Part shown: positions 8,639-19,420 of the stretch, in pieces | Layout of the letters: each line of letters opens with the position of its first letter | Numbering within the stretch: the stretch's first letter is position 1 | Assembly: GCA_963759405.1 (NCBI GenBank) | Contig: CAVWZA010000017.1 | Coordinates: 71,491-135,490, forward strand | From: an uncultured Chloroflexia bacterium | GTDB taxonomy: Bacteria; Chloroflexota; Limnocylindria; QHBO01 | Reading direction: 5' to 3' | Length of the DNA stretch: 64,000 nucleotides | The notes under the pieces: model-generated | The model's database searches: none | What the model was told of the DNA's origin: nothing | Seen by the model: the letters and a program-made list of their open reading frames with translations, nothing else | Program-made: the position numbers and the translations under genes

Positions 8639-10274
8639 TCAGGCCAAGGCCAGCACCGCCCGCTCGGCGAGAGCAATCGGCAGGCCGCCCGAGGACGTGA
8701 TGCCGTCATGGAATGCGCGCAGCGCATCGGTGTCGGACGAGCCGCGCGCGGCGAAGAAGGCGTCCCGGAGGCGGAGGATCTCGAGGCAGCCGGTGAGATA
8801 GGAGCTCGCCTGCGTGGGCCATGCGCAGTAGCGAGTGACCTCGGCCTTCGCGGTCGGCTCCGTCAGCGCGGTGTTCGCGGTCATGAAGGAAACGGCTTCC
8901 TCCCAGCTCATCTCACCAAGGTGCAGGCTCGTGTCGACCACGATGCGCGCAGCACGGAAGATCGTGGCCTCGTACTGGTTCATCTCGTGTCGCAGGTCGG
9001 TGAAGAAGCCCTGCTCGCGCATCATTCGCTCCGCATAGAGCGCCCAGCCCTCGCTGAAGTACGGCGTGCGGAACACCTGGCGCAGCCGCGACGGGTTCCC
9101 CTTCGACATGATCAGGTGCCAGTGATGGCCCGGATATGCCTCGTGGACCGCCGTGGTCGGGATCCCCGGATAGGAGTTCGAGGCGAGCCGCTTCTGGATC
9201 TCGTCCTCAGACGCGCCGTCCGGCGGGAATGGGACGAAGAAGTGGCCCTTCATCCGGTCGCTGAACGCCGGTGGCTGCATGTACGACGCAACCGCCAGCA
9301 CCGGGCGCTGGAAGTGCGGCGATGGCGACGACCGCGCACTCCTCGCCTTCGGGGAATGAGACCAGCGCCGTGCTCGCGCAGGTAGACGCGGGCGCGCTCG
9401 GTCCACTCCTCGTAGCCGACGCGCATCTCCTCCGGCGTCCGCGGATGATCCTCGTTGAGCTCGTCGAGGACCGCTTTCCAGTCGTCCGTGCCGCGCAGCT
9501 CGCGGGCGCATCGGGTCAGCTCTGTCGCGAGCTCGTCGTAGGCGGCCTGGCCGCGGTCGCGCAGCTCGCGTGCGCCGAATCCGAGCAGCTCCTTCTCGCG
9601 CAGGAGCGCCGTGTAGCGCTCCTCCCCGAGGCGCCAGTCGCCGGACGCGTTGGGTCGCATCTCCTCGAGGAAGGCGACGTAGCCGTCATAGGCGGCGCCG
9701 GTCCGCCTCGCCCGCCTCGGCGAGCCTGGCGCGCATGGCGCCGTCCTCCACCTGGTCCGGCAGGATCTCGCGGAGATAGCGCGCTCCGGCGCGCGCCTGG
9801 TTGGCCGCGCGATCCAGGAAGATCGACGGCACCATGTCCGGCCGCAGGTTGCGCATGCCATCGGTGAGATTGCTCGGGATCAGGCGCATGCGCGCGACCG
9901 CCGAATCCACCAGCGCCTCGATCGGCCGCAACCGGTGCAGGAAGAGGCCGAAGATGCCGCTCATGCCGGGGTTGAGGTAGGTGTCGGGCTGCCGGCGCCA
10001 GACCTCGAAGTCCTCGACGATCTGACGGCCGCGCAGGGTGCTGACGACCAGGTCGCGGTCGATCCGCTCGTCGAAGCCGAGTTCGGCATCCGAGACGGCC
10101 GCGGAAGCGCTCGAGCCATCTGGCGTCGGCGGCCCGACGCCGGTCGAATGCGGCTTCCGAGAGGTCGTCGAGCCGGTCGTCGTACTCGGTCAGCCCAAGG
10201 CCGCTTGCGCGGACGGGCGACTCGGCGAACTCCGTGTCGAGAAACTCGTCGGTCAGGGCGGCGAATGAAGGCAT
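8639..10274 (-). CDS. DUF885 family protein (putative metallopeptidase); several frameshifts
   Basis: SPVRASGLGLTEYDDRLDD, HEAYPGHHWH, YFSEGWALYAE, RAARIVVDTSLH and EVTRYCAWPTQASSYLTG, recovered from four overlapping ORFs. Confidence 0.85.
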
Positions 10275-10309
10275 GCATCAACCTCTCTGCGGCCCGGGGA
10301 AGCTCCAGT

Positions 10310-11225
10310 TTAGCCCGATGCCGTCAGGCGGGCCGTGTCCTCATCGAGCAGCGCCTCCGCGTGGCCGCGGATCTCCGGGTACGGGACGGCGTCCCAATCC
10401 GCGTCCTCGGGCGGCCGGTCGAAGATCCGCTTGGCCAGCCGGTTGACGATGAGGTGGGCCGCGAACGGATGGGGCTGCTCGGGGTCATCGGCCGCATCGG
10501 CAACGAAGAATCGCAGCCGATCATCCACGCTGTCGAAGCCGATGAGCTCCACGAGCTTGGCGCGGTATTCGAGCTCGGCCGATGAGAGGTTCGGGTGGGC
10601 CCGATGGTCGGCCACGTGCTGCGCCTCGTGACCGAGCAGCGAGACCTGGAATGCTCGGTTCGTGTCCGGATCGGGATAGCGATCGGCGACCGCGTACAGC
10701 CCGTCCGGCCAGTCGGGGTCGTCCTGCTTGTACCAGCCGCCCGCACCCTGCTCCCCGAACGTTCGCCAGTGGAGCCAGCCGCGGATGAGGAAGTCGTGCA
10801 TGAAGTGGACGGTCACCTCCTGCTCGATCCCCTTCGGCAGCGTGACGCTGAACAGACGGTCGTCGGTCCGGGACCAGATGTAGGCGCCGAGGTACGGCGG
10901 GGTGCGGCCTCCAAGGAACCGATAGCCTCGGTCCAGGAAGCCTTTCGCCAGCCCAGCCTCCGAAGCGGTGACGTCGGCGTCGTCATCGCCGGTCGGCGCC
11001 GTACCCACGACGGCGCACAGCTCGCCTGCGAGCGCCGACTCGGCTGCCTCGCGAGGCTCATCGTCCTCGAAGATGCGCACGAAGTAGCGCAGGTACGCCA
11101 TCAGCGCATCTCGCAGCCAGCCGTCCTTCGCGTCGACCGAGATCAACGGCTCGAGGAGGCGGACGCGCGCCCTCGGGCATCGCCGCCGCGTGAGCACGCA
11201 CCGCAGCGTCCAGCGCGGCGTTCAT
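10310..11225 (-). CDS. Hypothetical protein with HExxH...E (gluzincin-like) zinc-peptidase motif; probable frameshift near 5' end
   Basis: LLGHEAQHVAD...ELEYRAKL. ATG at 11225 overlaps the MarR gene stop (ATGA). Confidence 0.6.
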
Positions 11226-12349
11226 GACTCCTCGATCGTCAGACGGGAGATGCCTCCGGCAAGATCGAGCTCGTATCGGTCCGGCGCCTTGGCGTACGCG
11301 GGCGAGCTGATGCGCAGGTCGGCGCCCGATGACTCATGTTTCTGGTCGTCGAATCGCAGCCTGGAGACGCCGCCACGGGCCGTGAGCGCGACGGGCACGC
11401 CCGCGGGACGGACGATCCGCCCTTCGCTCGACCCGCCGTCGAGCGCGATGCGCACGGTGCCGCTCGGACGAGGCAGCCGCAGCTGGAAATGGTTTGCGCC
11501 GCCCCGGACCTCGAGGCCGAGAAATGCCAGCCCGCGCAGGTCGGCATCCAGATCGGTGATGCCACCCTCGATCTCCACCCACCAGGCCGGGCCCGGGTGG
11601 AGGGCTGCCTCGATCTCGCGGCCGCGGGTATCGATCAGCCGGCGCCGGTACCGCATCGTCACGGTGCCGTCGGCGGTGCGCACGTCGGGCGGCGGGCCTT
11701 TGAAGGCCGCGCGAATGAGCTCGCCGCCGGGCTTCGCGGCTCGCAGGGTCAGCCGGGTCGCCGCGGTCTCCGCGACCATCCGCACCTGCTGGCCCAGCGC
11801 CGATCGACCGAGGTTCACGCGCGGCGCTCCGGTGGCGAGCACCAGCCTCGCGCGTGCCACCTCGCCGAGGGGCGCCAGGTAGGCATCCTCGAGCATCCCG
11901 CCGTGGGTCGCGACGCGCAGGCGCATCGCTTCTGACGCGAGCGTGTCGGCCAGGGCGTCGAGGTAGTGCCCCAGGTTGTCGCGGAGCTCAGGCCCCCAGT
12001 CGCGGCTCGCCTCCACGGCTCGTTCGATGAGCGGCTGGTAGAGGGCGGTCATCTCCGCCATCCGCTCCTGATCGAGGCGGACGAGCGTCCGGCGGCGATC
12101 GGCCGGATCGGCCTCGCGTCGCACGAATCCGGCCCGCTCGAGGCGGTCGAGGATGCCGGTCACCGCCCCCGTCGTCAGCCCGGTCAGCTCGGCCAGGCGG
12201 CTCGGCGTCATCTCCGGCTCCGACCCGATGAGGTCCAGGCTCCGCAGATCGGTCGCGTTGAGGCCCAGCCGCGCGGCGACCGCTTCGTGGGCAGCGATCG
12301 CCTGGGCGATGAACCGGCGCAGTGCGTCGGAGGGAGTTGACAGGGTCAT
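11222..12349 (-). CDS. MarR family regulator with long C-terminal beta-rich extension
   Basis: LGLNATDLRSLDLI, TPSRLAELTGLTTGAVTGILDRLERAGFVRREADPADRRRTLV (winged HTH), followed by ~220 aa of Gly-rich beta-strand repeats. Confidence 0.85.
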   Translation of the reverse strand: MTLSTPSDALRRFIAQAIAAHEAVAARLGLNATDLRSLDLIGSEPEMTPSRLAELTGLTTGAVTGILDRLERAGFVRREADPADRRRTLVRLDQERMAEMTALYQPLIERAVEASRDWGPELRDNLGHYLDALADTLASEAMRLRVATHGGMLEDAYLAPLGEVARARLVLATGAPRVNLGRSALGQQVRMVAETAATRLTLRAAKPGGELIRAAFKGPPPDVRTADGTVTMRYRRRLIDTRGREIEAALHPGPAWWVEIEGGITDLDADLRGLAFLGLEVRGGANHFQLRLPRPSGTVRIALDGGSSEGRIVRPAGVPVALTARGGVSRLRFDDQKHESSGADLRISSPAYAKAPDRYELDLAGGISRLTIEES

Positions 12350-12370
12350 CGGTCTTCGTTCATCATGCCG

Positions 12371-12399
12371 ATATCTTAGCATCTAAACTAATCAGGAGG
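12371..12399. promoter_or_regulatory. Putative MarR operator (TTAG-CAT-CTAA palindrome) and AGGAGG RBS in divergent intergenic region
   Basis: AT-rich ATATCTTAGCATCTAAACTAAT, with inverted TTAG/CTAA at 12376-12386, lies between divergent marR and ABC genes. AGGAGG at 12394-12399. Confidence 0.5.
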
Positions 12400-12404
12400 T
12401 CAAC

Positions 12405-13382
12405 ATGCAAGTGCATGATAGCAACTCGATCGAGGCGATCGGCCTCGTGAAGCGCTATCCCGGCGGGGTGACGGCACTCGACGGGCTGGCGTTCTCGGTC
12501 GAGGCAGGGACCATCTTCGGCCTGCTGGGGCCGAATGGAGCCGGCAAGTCGACCACGGTCAAGATCCTCACCACCCTCAGCCGGCCGGACGCAGGCACCG
12601 CCCGCGTCGCGGGCATCGATGTCACCCGCGACCCCGAGCGCGTACGCCTCGCCATCGGCAGCGTCGGACAGCGCATCGCCGTGGACCGGGACGCCACCGG
12701 GCGCGAGAACCTTCGGCTCGAGGGCCGGATCCGCGGCATCCGCGGTTCGGAGCTGCGGCACCGGATCGACGAGCTGCTCGATCGCTTCGGCCTGCGGAGC
12801 GCGGCCGACCGGCTGGCGCGCACCTACTCCGGCGGCATGCAGCGCAAGCTCGACGTGGCGATGGGCCTCATCCACCGCCCGCGGGTGCTCTTCCTCGACG
12901 AGCCGACCACCGGACTCGACCCGGAGGCCCGTGCCGAGCTGTGGGCCGAGATCGGCCGCCTCACGCGGGAGGACGGTCTCACCATCCTGCTCACCACCCA
13001 CTACCTGGAGGAGGCCGATCGGCTCGCCAGCCGGCTCGCCATCGTGGACCAGGGGCGCGTCGTCGCTGCCGGCTCGCCGGACGAGCTGAAGGCCGAGCTG
13101 CGGGGAGACGCCATCTTCGTCGAGCTCACCGATGGGGGCACGCACGAGCGCGCCGTCACCGCACTGGCACTGGTGCCCGGGTTGAGCGAGTCGCTCGTCG
13201 ACGGTCGCTCGTTGCGCGCTCGCGCCGACCGTGGCGCATCCGCGGTACCGGCGGTCCTGTCGGCGCTCGATGGCGCCGGCATCGGCGTCGCCTCCGTCAC
13301 CGTCTCCCGTCCGTCGCTGGACGACGTCTATCTCCGCCACACGGGCCGGGCATTCCGGCCGATCGAGGAGTCCTTCGCATGA
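12405..13382 (+). CDS. ABC exporter ATP-binding protein (DrrA-like)
   Basis: GPNGAGKST, YSGGMQRKLD, LFLDEPTTGLD, TTHYLEEA, C-terminal PSLDDVYLRHTG. Confidence 0.92.
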   Translation: MQVHDSNSIEAIGLVKRYPGGVTALDGLAFSVEAGTIFGLLGPNGAGKSTTVKILTTLSRPDAGTARVAGIDVTRDPERVRLAIGSVGQRIAVDRDATGRENLRLEGRIRGIRGSELRHRIDELLDRFGLRSAADRLARTYSGGMQRKLDVAMGLIHRPRVLFLDEPTTGLDPEARAELWAEIGRLTREDGLTILLTTHYLEEADRLASRLAIVDQGRVVAAGSPDELKAELRGDAIFVELTDGGTHERAVTALALVPGLSESLVDGRSLRARADRGASAVPAVLSALDGAGIGVASVTVSRPSLDDVYLRHTGRAFRPIEESFA

Positions 13383-14155
13383 CCGCCATCGCACATTCGG
13401 CCTACATGACCCAGCGCCACACGCGGGTCCTCCTGCGACAGCCGTGGTTCGTCGCCATCACGCTCGTGCAGCCGATCATCTGGCTGCTCCTGTTCGGCGC
13501 GCTGTTCCGCAGTGTCACCGAGATCCCCGGCTTCACAGGCGGCGGCTCGTATCTCGACTACCTGGTCCCGGGCGTCGTGATCATGACGGCCCTGATGAGC
13601 AGCGGCTGGTCCGGCATGGGGATCATCGAGGACATGGATCGAGGGCTCGTCGATCGCTTCCTGGCGAGTCCGGTTCATCGGTCCTCGATGATCGTCGGGC
13701 GAATCTCGTACGAGGCGCTGAGCCTCATCATCCAGGCAACGATCATCGGCGGTCTGGCGTGGGTCATGGGTGCCGAGTTCGCGGGTGGCATCGGCGGCTA
13801 CGCCGTGCTCGTCCTGTGCGGCATGCTGATCGCCGCGACGTTCGGCTCCATCTCGAATGCGTCGGCACTGCTGCTCCGGCAGCGGGAGTCGGTCATCGGC
13901 CTCAACACGATGCTGACGCTGCCGCTGACCTTCCTGTCAGCCGCGTTCATCCCCCTGGCGCTGGCGCCGGAATGGATTCAGACCGTGGCGCACTTCAACC
14001 CGGTCAACTGGGCGATCGAGGCCGGCCGTGAGGCGCTCCTGGCGACCCCGGACTGGTCCCTGATCCTGCCCCGCATCGGCGGGCTGACGGTCGTTGCCCT
14101 CGTCTGCGTGGTCCTTTCGACCCGCGCCTTCCGGGCGTATCAGCGATCGGCCTGA
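13379..14155 (+). CDS. ABC-2 type exporter permease (DrrB-like)
   Basis: LVQPIIWLLLFG, YLDYLVPG, NPVNWAIEA; about 6 TM; ATGA overlap with the ATPase. Confidence 0.9.
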   Translation: MTAIAHSAYMTQRHTRVLLRQPWFVAITLVQPIIWLLLFGALFRSVTEIPGFTGGGSYLDYLVPGVVIMTALMSSGWSGMGIIEDMDRGLVDRFLASPVHRSSMIVGRISYEALSLIIQATIIGGLAWVMGAEFAGGIGGYAVLVLCGMLIAATFGSISNASALLLRQRESVIGLNTMLTLPLTFLSAAFIPLALAPEWIQTVAHFNPVNWAIEAGREALLATPDWSLILPRIGGLTVVALVCVVLSTRAFRAYQRSA

Positions 14156-14171
14156 CGTTGCGGCGCGTCGG

Positions 14172-15203
14172 CTACCTCGGGGGTGGCAGGAGCCGGCCGA
14201 AGCGCTCGGGATCGGCGGCGACCGCGCACTGGATCGCGTTGAGCGCCGCGCCCTTGCGCAGGTTGTCGCTGCTCACCCACAGCGCGAAGCCGCGCTCGCG
14301 TCCGGGGATGGCGCGCAGCCGTCCCACGAGCACCGGGTCGCGGCCCTCGACGTCGAGCGGCATCGGATGGCGCTCGGATCCGTCGGCCGGCCGGTACTCG
14401 AGGCCCGGCGCGGCGCGCAATGCCGACTCCAGCTCCTCGACGGACGTGTCGCGCACCGTTCGGAGGTGGAGCGCCGCCGAGTGGCCGGTATGAACCGCCA
14501 CCCGGACCGTGGTCGCCGCCACGTCCAGCTCCGGCATCTCGAGGATCTTGCGGATCTCGGCGTGGATCTTCTTCTCCTCGCCCGTCCAGCCGGCGTCGTC
14601 GAGCACGTCGATCTGCGGGACGACCGAGTCGGCGATGCGGCCGTGGAACGGCGAGCCCTCCGCGCGGTCGCGGTGATCGGTCCCCCGCTCGGCCTCGAAG
14701 GCGTCGACGCCCTTGCGGCCGGCGCCGCTCACCGCCTGGTAGGAGGCGAGGTCGACGGACTCGAGGCCGGCCAGGTCGCGGATCGGCGCCAGCGCCACCA
14801 CGACGGCGGCGGTCGTGCAGTTCGGGTTGGCGATCAGGTTGCCGTGTCGCTCGCGCGCGGCGTGGGCATTGGCCTCGGGCACGACCAGCGGGACGTCGTC
14901 GGCCAGGCGGAAGGCGCTCGAGTTGTCGACCACCAGCGGGACCGATGCGCCAGGCCCGGCCATGATCTCGCGGCTCTGCGGGCCGTCCACGGCGAGGAAG
15001 AGGACATCCAGCTCCGCGGCGTTGGCGTCGTCGAGAACGTGCACCGGGACGGCAGCTCCGCGGTAGTCGACCGAGTTGCCCTCCTCGTGACCGAAGGCGC
15101 GCAGGCACTCGGCCGGCAGGCCGGCATCGGCCAGGATGGAGCAGAAGACCCCACCCACCACGCCTCGTGCGCCGGCCACGCCGACGGTCGGCCATCCGTT
15201 CAT
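14172..15203 (-). CDS. asd: Aspartate-semialdehyde dehydrogenase
   Basis: VGVAGARGVVG, VVDNSSAFRL..DVPLVVPEAN, IANPNCTT (catalytic Cys), YQAVSGAG, DNLRKGAALNAIQ. Confidence 0.92.
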   Translation of the reverse strand: MNGWPTVGVAGARGVVGGVFCSILADAGLPAECLRAFGHEEGNSVDYRGAAVPVHVLDDANAAELDVLFLAVDGPQSREIMAGPGASVPLVVDNSSAFRLADDVPLVVPEANAHAARERHGNLIANPNCTTAAVVVALAPIRDLAGLESVDLASYQAVSGAGRKGVDAFEAERGTDHRDRAEGSPFHGRIADSVVPQIDVLDDAGWTGEEKKIHAEIRKILEMPELDVAATTVRVAVHTGHSAALHLRTVRDTSVEELESALRAAPGLEYRPADGSERHPMPLDVEGRDPVLVGRLRAIPGRERGFALWVSSDNLRKGAALNAIQCAVAADPERFGRLLPPPR

Positions 15204-15255
15204 GCGGGGACCATACACGTCCGCGGCGGCACGAGTATTGCGGCATGCTTTGCCG

Positions 15256-16102
15256 ATGCGAGAGCGCGAGGGATTTCCGGCGGGCGTGCCCGCATGGATC
15301 GACACCGCCCAGCCCGACCCCGATGCGACCGCGGCGTTCTACGCCGCCCTCTTCGGCTGGGAGTTCACCGAGCGCGGCTCGGCGGAGGACGGCCGGCGCT
15401 ACCTCGTTGCCTCACTGGATGGCCGGCAGGTCGCGGCGGTCACCTCGCCACCACCGGGCGTCACGGCGGCGCCAGCCTGGAACACGCACGTCGCCGTCGA
15501 TGACGCCGACGCGGCCGCCGCCCGGGTGCGCGATGCGGGTGGAACGGTCCTGGTCGAGCCCTTCGACCTGTTCGATCTCAGCCGGACGGCGTGGTGCGCC
15601 GATCCGACGGGCGCCGGCTTCGGCCTCTGGGAGCCACGCCACATCGCCGGAGCCGATTCGGTGAACGCACCCGGCACGTGGAATTTCAGCGAGCTCAAGA
15701 CCGCCGACGTCGCCGGTGCCACTCGGTTCTACGGCGAGGTCTTCGGCTGGGAGGTCGACGAGGTCGACATGGGCGCCATGCACGGCACGATGGTTCGCCT
15801 GCCGGGCTACGCGGACTTCCTCGAGCAGTTCGATCCGGGCATCCGCCAGCGCCACGCGGACTTCGGCGCGCCGCCCGGCTTCACCGAATGCATCGCCTGG
15901 ATCATGCCCCTCGCCGATGATGAGGGGCCGCACTGGAACGTCACGTTCGCGGTCGCAGACCCCGATGAGCGTCGCCTCGACCGCTCGCGAGCACGGTGGC
16001 ACCGTCCTGGTCGAGCCGTTCGACATGCCACCGGTGCGGGGCACGGTCATCGCCGACCCGGCCGGCGCGCGATTCACGGCGAACGCCTTCAAGCCGGGCT
16101 GA
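15256..16102 (+). CDS. VOC/glyoxalase family protein (two-domain); frameshift at ~15965
   Basis: GVPAWIDT, AFYAALFGWEF, DPTGAGFGLW, FYGEVFGWE, GGTVLVEPFDMP, IADPAGARF. Confidence 0.85.
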
Positions 16103-16105
16103 ACC

Positions 16106-17017
16106 CTACCGGGAGCCGAACAGGACGGGCCGCTCGCCGGCCACCAGACGGCCGAGGTCGGCGTACACGGCGCCGGCGGTCACCCGTCCACCGGCTCCGG
16201 GACCCGACACGCGGAAGGTGCCGGCATCCGCGACGGTGATCTCGAGGATGTTCTCGATGCCCGCGGCACGTGCCAGCGGGTCGCTTGGGTCGAGCGGGAT
16301 CGGCTTGACGGACATGGCGTCCTTCGTCGCTTCGGCCACCAGCCGGACGGTCTCGCCGGCGGTGACGCTGAGCCCGACGATGCCGGTGGTGTCGACCTCT
16401 GCCTCCGACCGCCACTTCCCCCACGCGACCGAGGCGAGGATGGCGAGCTTCTGCGCGGCGTCGCGGCCCTCCACGTCGAAGCTCGGATCGGCCTCGGCGA
16501 AGCCGGCCTTCTGCGCCTCGCGGAGTGCATCGTCATAGCTGCGGCCGTCGCCCATGGCCGACAGGATGTAGGTCGTCGTGGCGTTCACGATCCCGCGGAT
16601 CCGCTCGATGGCGCCGGTCGCGGCGAGATGGGTGACCGTCTCGATCATCGGCGTCCCGCCCCCGACGCTGGCGCTGGCGAGGAGCGCCGCCACCCGCCGG
16701 TCGGCCAGCTCGGCAAGCTCACCGCCGTGAGCGGCGAGGAGCGCCTTGTTGGCGGTCACGTACGGCTTGCCGCGGTCGAGCGCCAGGCGTGCCCAGGTCA
16801 GCGGGCCCTCCAGCCCACCGGCCAGCTCGACGACGATGTCGGCCTCCAGCGCAGCCTCCGGCGCGCCGACCTCGATGCCCTTGGGCAGGTCCGGCCGCTG
16901 CCGGTTACGCACCGCGACCGACTCGAGGGTGAGCGGAAGCGGGCCGGCCCGGACGAGCTCGCCCAGCGCGGAGCCGACCGTCCCCCAGCCGATGAGGCCG
17001 ATGCGCAAGCGCTCCAT
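16106..17017 (-). CDS. hom: Homoserine dehydrogenase (short form, no ACT domain)
   Basis: IGLIGWGTVG, VTANKALLA, ASVGGGTP, AQKAGFAEADPSFDVEGRDAAQKLAILA, GPGAGG. Confidence 0.9.
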   Translation of the reverse strand: MERLRIGLIGWGTVGSALGELVRAGPLPLTLESVAVRNRQRPDLPKGIEVGAPEAALEADIVVELAGGLEGPLTWARLALDRGKPYVTANKALLAAHGGELAELADRRVAALLASASVGGGTPMIETVTHLAATGAIERIRGIVNATTTYILSAMGDGRSYDDALREAQKAGFAEADPSFDVEGRDAAQKLAILASVAWGKWRSEAEVDTTGIVGLSVTAGETVRLVAEATKDAMSVKPIPLDPSDPLARAAGIENILEITVADAGTFRVSGPGAGGRVTAGAVYADLGRLVAGERPVLFGSR

Positions 17018-17058
17018 CGAGCCAGTCTAGAGGGGATCGGCGCTAGACTGGCCGGCGT

Positions 17059-17394
17059 ATGGGTGCCACCGAAACCGTCGACCTCTTCTTCGAGCTGATC
17101 AACGACGACCTGCGCGAGAAGGCGGTCGAGCTCTTCGCCGAGAACGCCGTGCTGGGCATCAGCGTGCCCGGCTCAGATGAGCGCACCAACCTGCGCGGCC
17201 GCGACAAGGTCGGCGGCTGGTTCATCCGCGCCGGCAACGGGTTCCGGATGTTCACCAACGAGAGCCGCAACATGGGCGCCAGCTACATCGCCGATGTGAC
17301 CGTCATGCGTCCCGGCGTGCCGCCGATGCAGGTCGAGGCAAACTTCCGCGTGGAGGGCGGCGAGATCGTCGCGCTCTTCCTCCAACCCAACTAG
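17059..17394 (+). CDS. Small NTF2/SnoaL-like fold protein
   Basis: 111 aa; ELFAENAV...LRGRDKV...FRVEGGEIV pattern; TAGACT -10 element just upstream. Confidence 0.6.
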   Translation: MGATETVDLFFELINDDLREKAVELFAENAVLGISVPGSDERTNLRGRDKVGGWFIRAGNGFRMFTNESRNMGASYIADVTVMRPGVPPMQVEANFRVEGGEIVALFLQPN

Positions 17395-18654
17395 TCGCCC
17401 TCCTTGCAGGCCTCGATCAGCGGCTCGATGGCCGCCTCTGCCTCCTTCTTGTTCATGCCGGCGATCTGGGCCGGATCGAGCTCGCTGCCGCACTCCTCCG
17501 CGTAGTCGTCGGCCAGCTTCTGCGCCCAGCGAGGCAGGGCGACTTCGGTCGGGACGGGCGTGGACGCCTCGCTGGGGGAGCTGACCGGTGTTGCCGACGG
17601 TGACTCATCCGCCAGTCCCGGGTTCGTCATGGATGCCAGCGCCACCGCGATCACGGCGGTGCCGAGCAGGGCGGCAACCCCGAGCAGCAGGAGGCGACGA
17701 GAGCGAGCCCTGGGTGGACCTGCCGCAGCATCCGTGCGGGCGATCGGCGCCGCAACCGGCGCGGCAGCCACCGTCGTGACGGCATCGGCGTCGACGGCCA
17801 CCGAGATGCGTCCCGGTTGGTGCCATGGCAATCGCCGGCACCGCGTCGCCCGCCAGCCACGAGCGCAACGCGACCGCCAGCGCACCCGCGTGCAGCGGCC
17901 GGTTCTCGGGCTCGACTGCCAGGCACGCGGCGACGATCCCGGCGAGGGTGGGATCGATGCCATCGAGCGGCGGTGGTCCGGCGCGCTGCGCTTCCGCCAG
18001 GGCGACGGGCGATCCTCCGGGGTAGGGCGGCCGTCCGGTCAGTGCCTCGTACAGCACGACGCCGATCCCGTACAGGTCGGTGCGCGGGGTGATCGGCCCG
18101 CCGAGCAGCTGCTCCGGTGCCATCGCGCTCATCGTTCCGACGACGGTGCCGGTCATCGTCAGGCGCTCGGCAGACTCGGCCAGGCTGTGCGCGATGCCGA
18201 AGTCGACCAATTTGGTGCGGCCGTCCGACGCGAGCAGCACGTTTCCCGGCTTGACGTCGCGATGGACCACGCCGCGCTGGTGCGCGTGGAAGAGCGCCTC
18301 GGCGATGTCGGCCGCCATGCTCGCCGCCTCGCGTGGCTCGAGCGGACCGGATCGGGCGATGCGGGCGCTGAGCGACTCGCCATCCACGAGCTCCATGACC
18401 AGCGCCGGCGCTTCGCCGGTCGCATCGACGTCGTAGATGTCCACGATCACCGGATGCGACAGGCTGGCCGCCGCGCGTGCCTCCGCCGCCAGCCGCTTGC
18501 GTGACGACTCGTCGGGCAGGAGGTGCGGGTGCAGCCGCTTGACCGCGACCGGCCGATCGAGCTGTTCGTCATGCGCGCGCCAGACCTCGGCGCTCCCGCC
18601 GAGAGCGAGGCGCTCGATGAGCCGGTATCGGCCAAGGATCAGCTGATCGTTCAT
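17391..18654 (-). CDS. Hanks-type Ser/Thr protein kinase with TM segment and short extracellular tail; frameshift at ~17800-17830
   Basis: RYRL..GGSAEVW, VAVKRL, HRDVKPGN, DFGIA, APEQ, DLYGIG. TM LLLLGVAALLGTAVIAVALA is in ORF 17391..17963. Confidence 0.88.
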
Positions 18655-18661
18655 GCCCGAC

Positions 18662-19420
18662 TCAAGGGAAGAGGTCCCGCTCCGCCTCCATCACGAGCAC
18701 GGACGCTCCCTCCTCCGACGGCCGCCAGGCGAGTCCGCGGATCACGACCACCGGCCGCTGCTCGACCTTCCCGCCGGCCAGGTCGGCCGCCGATGCCAGC
18801 TGATCCGCGACCGCGATCACGGTCGCCTGCATCTCCCGCCCGGAGGTGTCCGGCGTGCCGCGCAGGTCGAGGAGCGCCTCGATTCCGGCCGAGCCGACCG
18901 CCACGTTGACGATGCCGTTGCGCCACGGACGGCCGAACGAGTCGCTGATGACGATCGCAGGCGAGGCTCCGGTGCGCGTCCGCAACCCCTCGCGGATGCG
19001 GCGCGCCGAGGCATCGGGGTCCTCCGGCAGCAGGGACGCCACGTCGCCACCCCCCACATTGCTGACGTCGACGCCCGCATTGGCGCACACGAACCCGTGA
19101 CGGGTGCGGCTGATGATCAGGCCGCCCGGTCCCATGCGGACGATGGACGCCGACTCCCGGAGGACGAGCTCAACCTGGCGCGGATCCTTGCCCCATTGCG
19201 AGGCCCATGTCCGTGCGAAGTCGGATGGCTCGACCGATGCGAGCTCGACCAGCCTGCCCTCCGCCTTGGAGACGACCTTCTGGGTCACCACCAGCACGTC
19301 GGCATCGGCAAGGCTGACGTCGGAGGCAGCGGCTGCGTCCGCGATGAGCGTCGCGAGGTCGGCGCCCGGCGTGACCTCGGGGATGCCGTCGAGACCGATG
19401 AGCTCGATGCGAGACGTCAC
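18662..19420 (-). CDS. cofE: Coenzyme F420-0:L-glutamate ligase
   Basis: GIPEVTPGADL, VVTQKVVSKAEGR, GFVCANAGVDVSN, LLPEDPDASA, ISDSFGRPWRNG. Confidence 0.93.
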   Translation of the reverse strand: MTSRIELIGLDGIPEVTPGADLATLIADAAAASDVSLADADVLVVTQKVVSKAEGRLVELASVEPSDFARTWASQWGKDPRQVELVLRESASIVRMGPGGLIISRTRHGFVCANAGVDVSNVGGGDVASLLPEDPDASARRIREGLRTRTGASPAIVISDSFGRPWRNGIVNVAVGSAGIEALLDLRGTPDTSGREMQATVIAVADQLASAADLAGGKVEQRPVVVIRGLAWRPSEEGASVLVMEAERDLFP

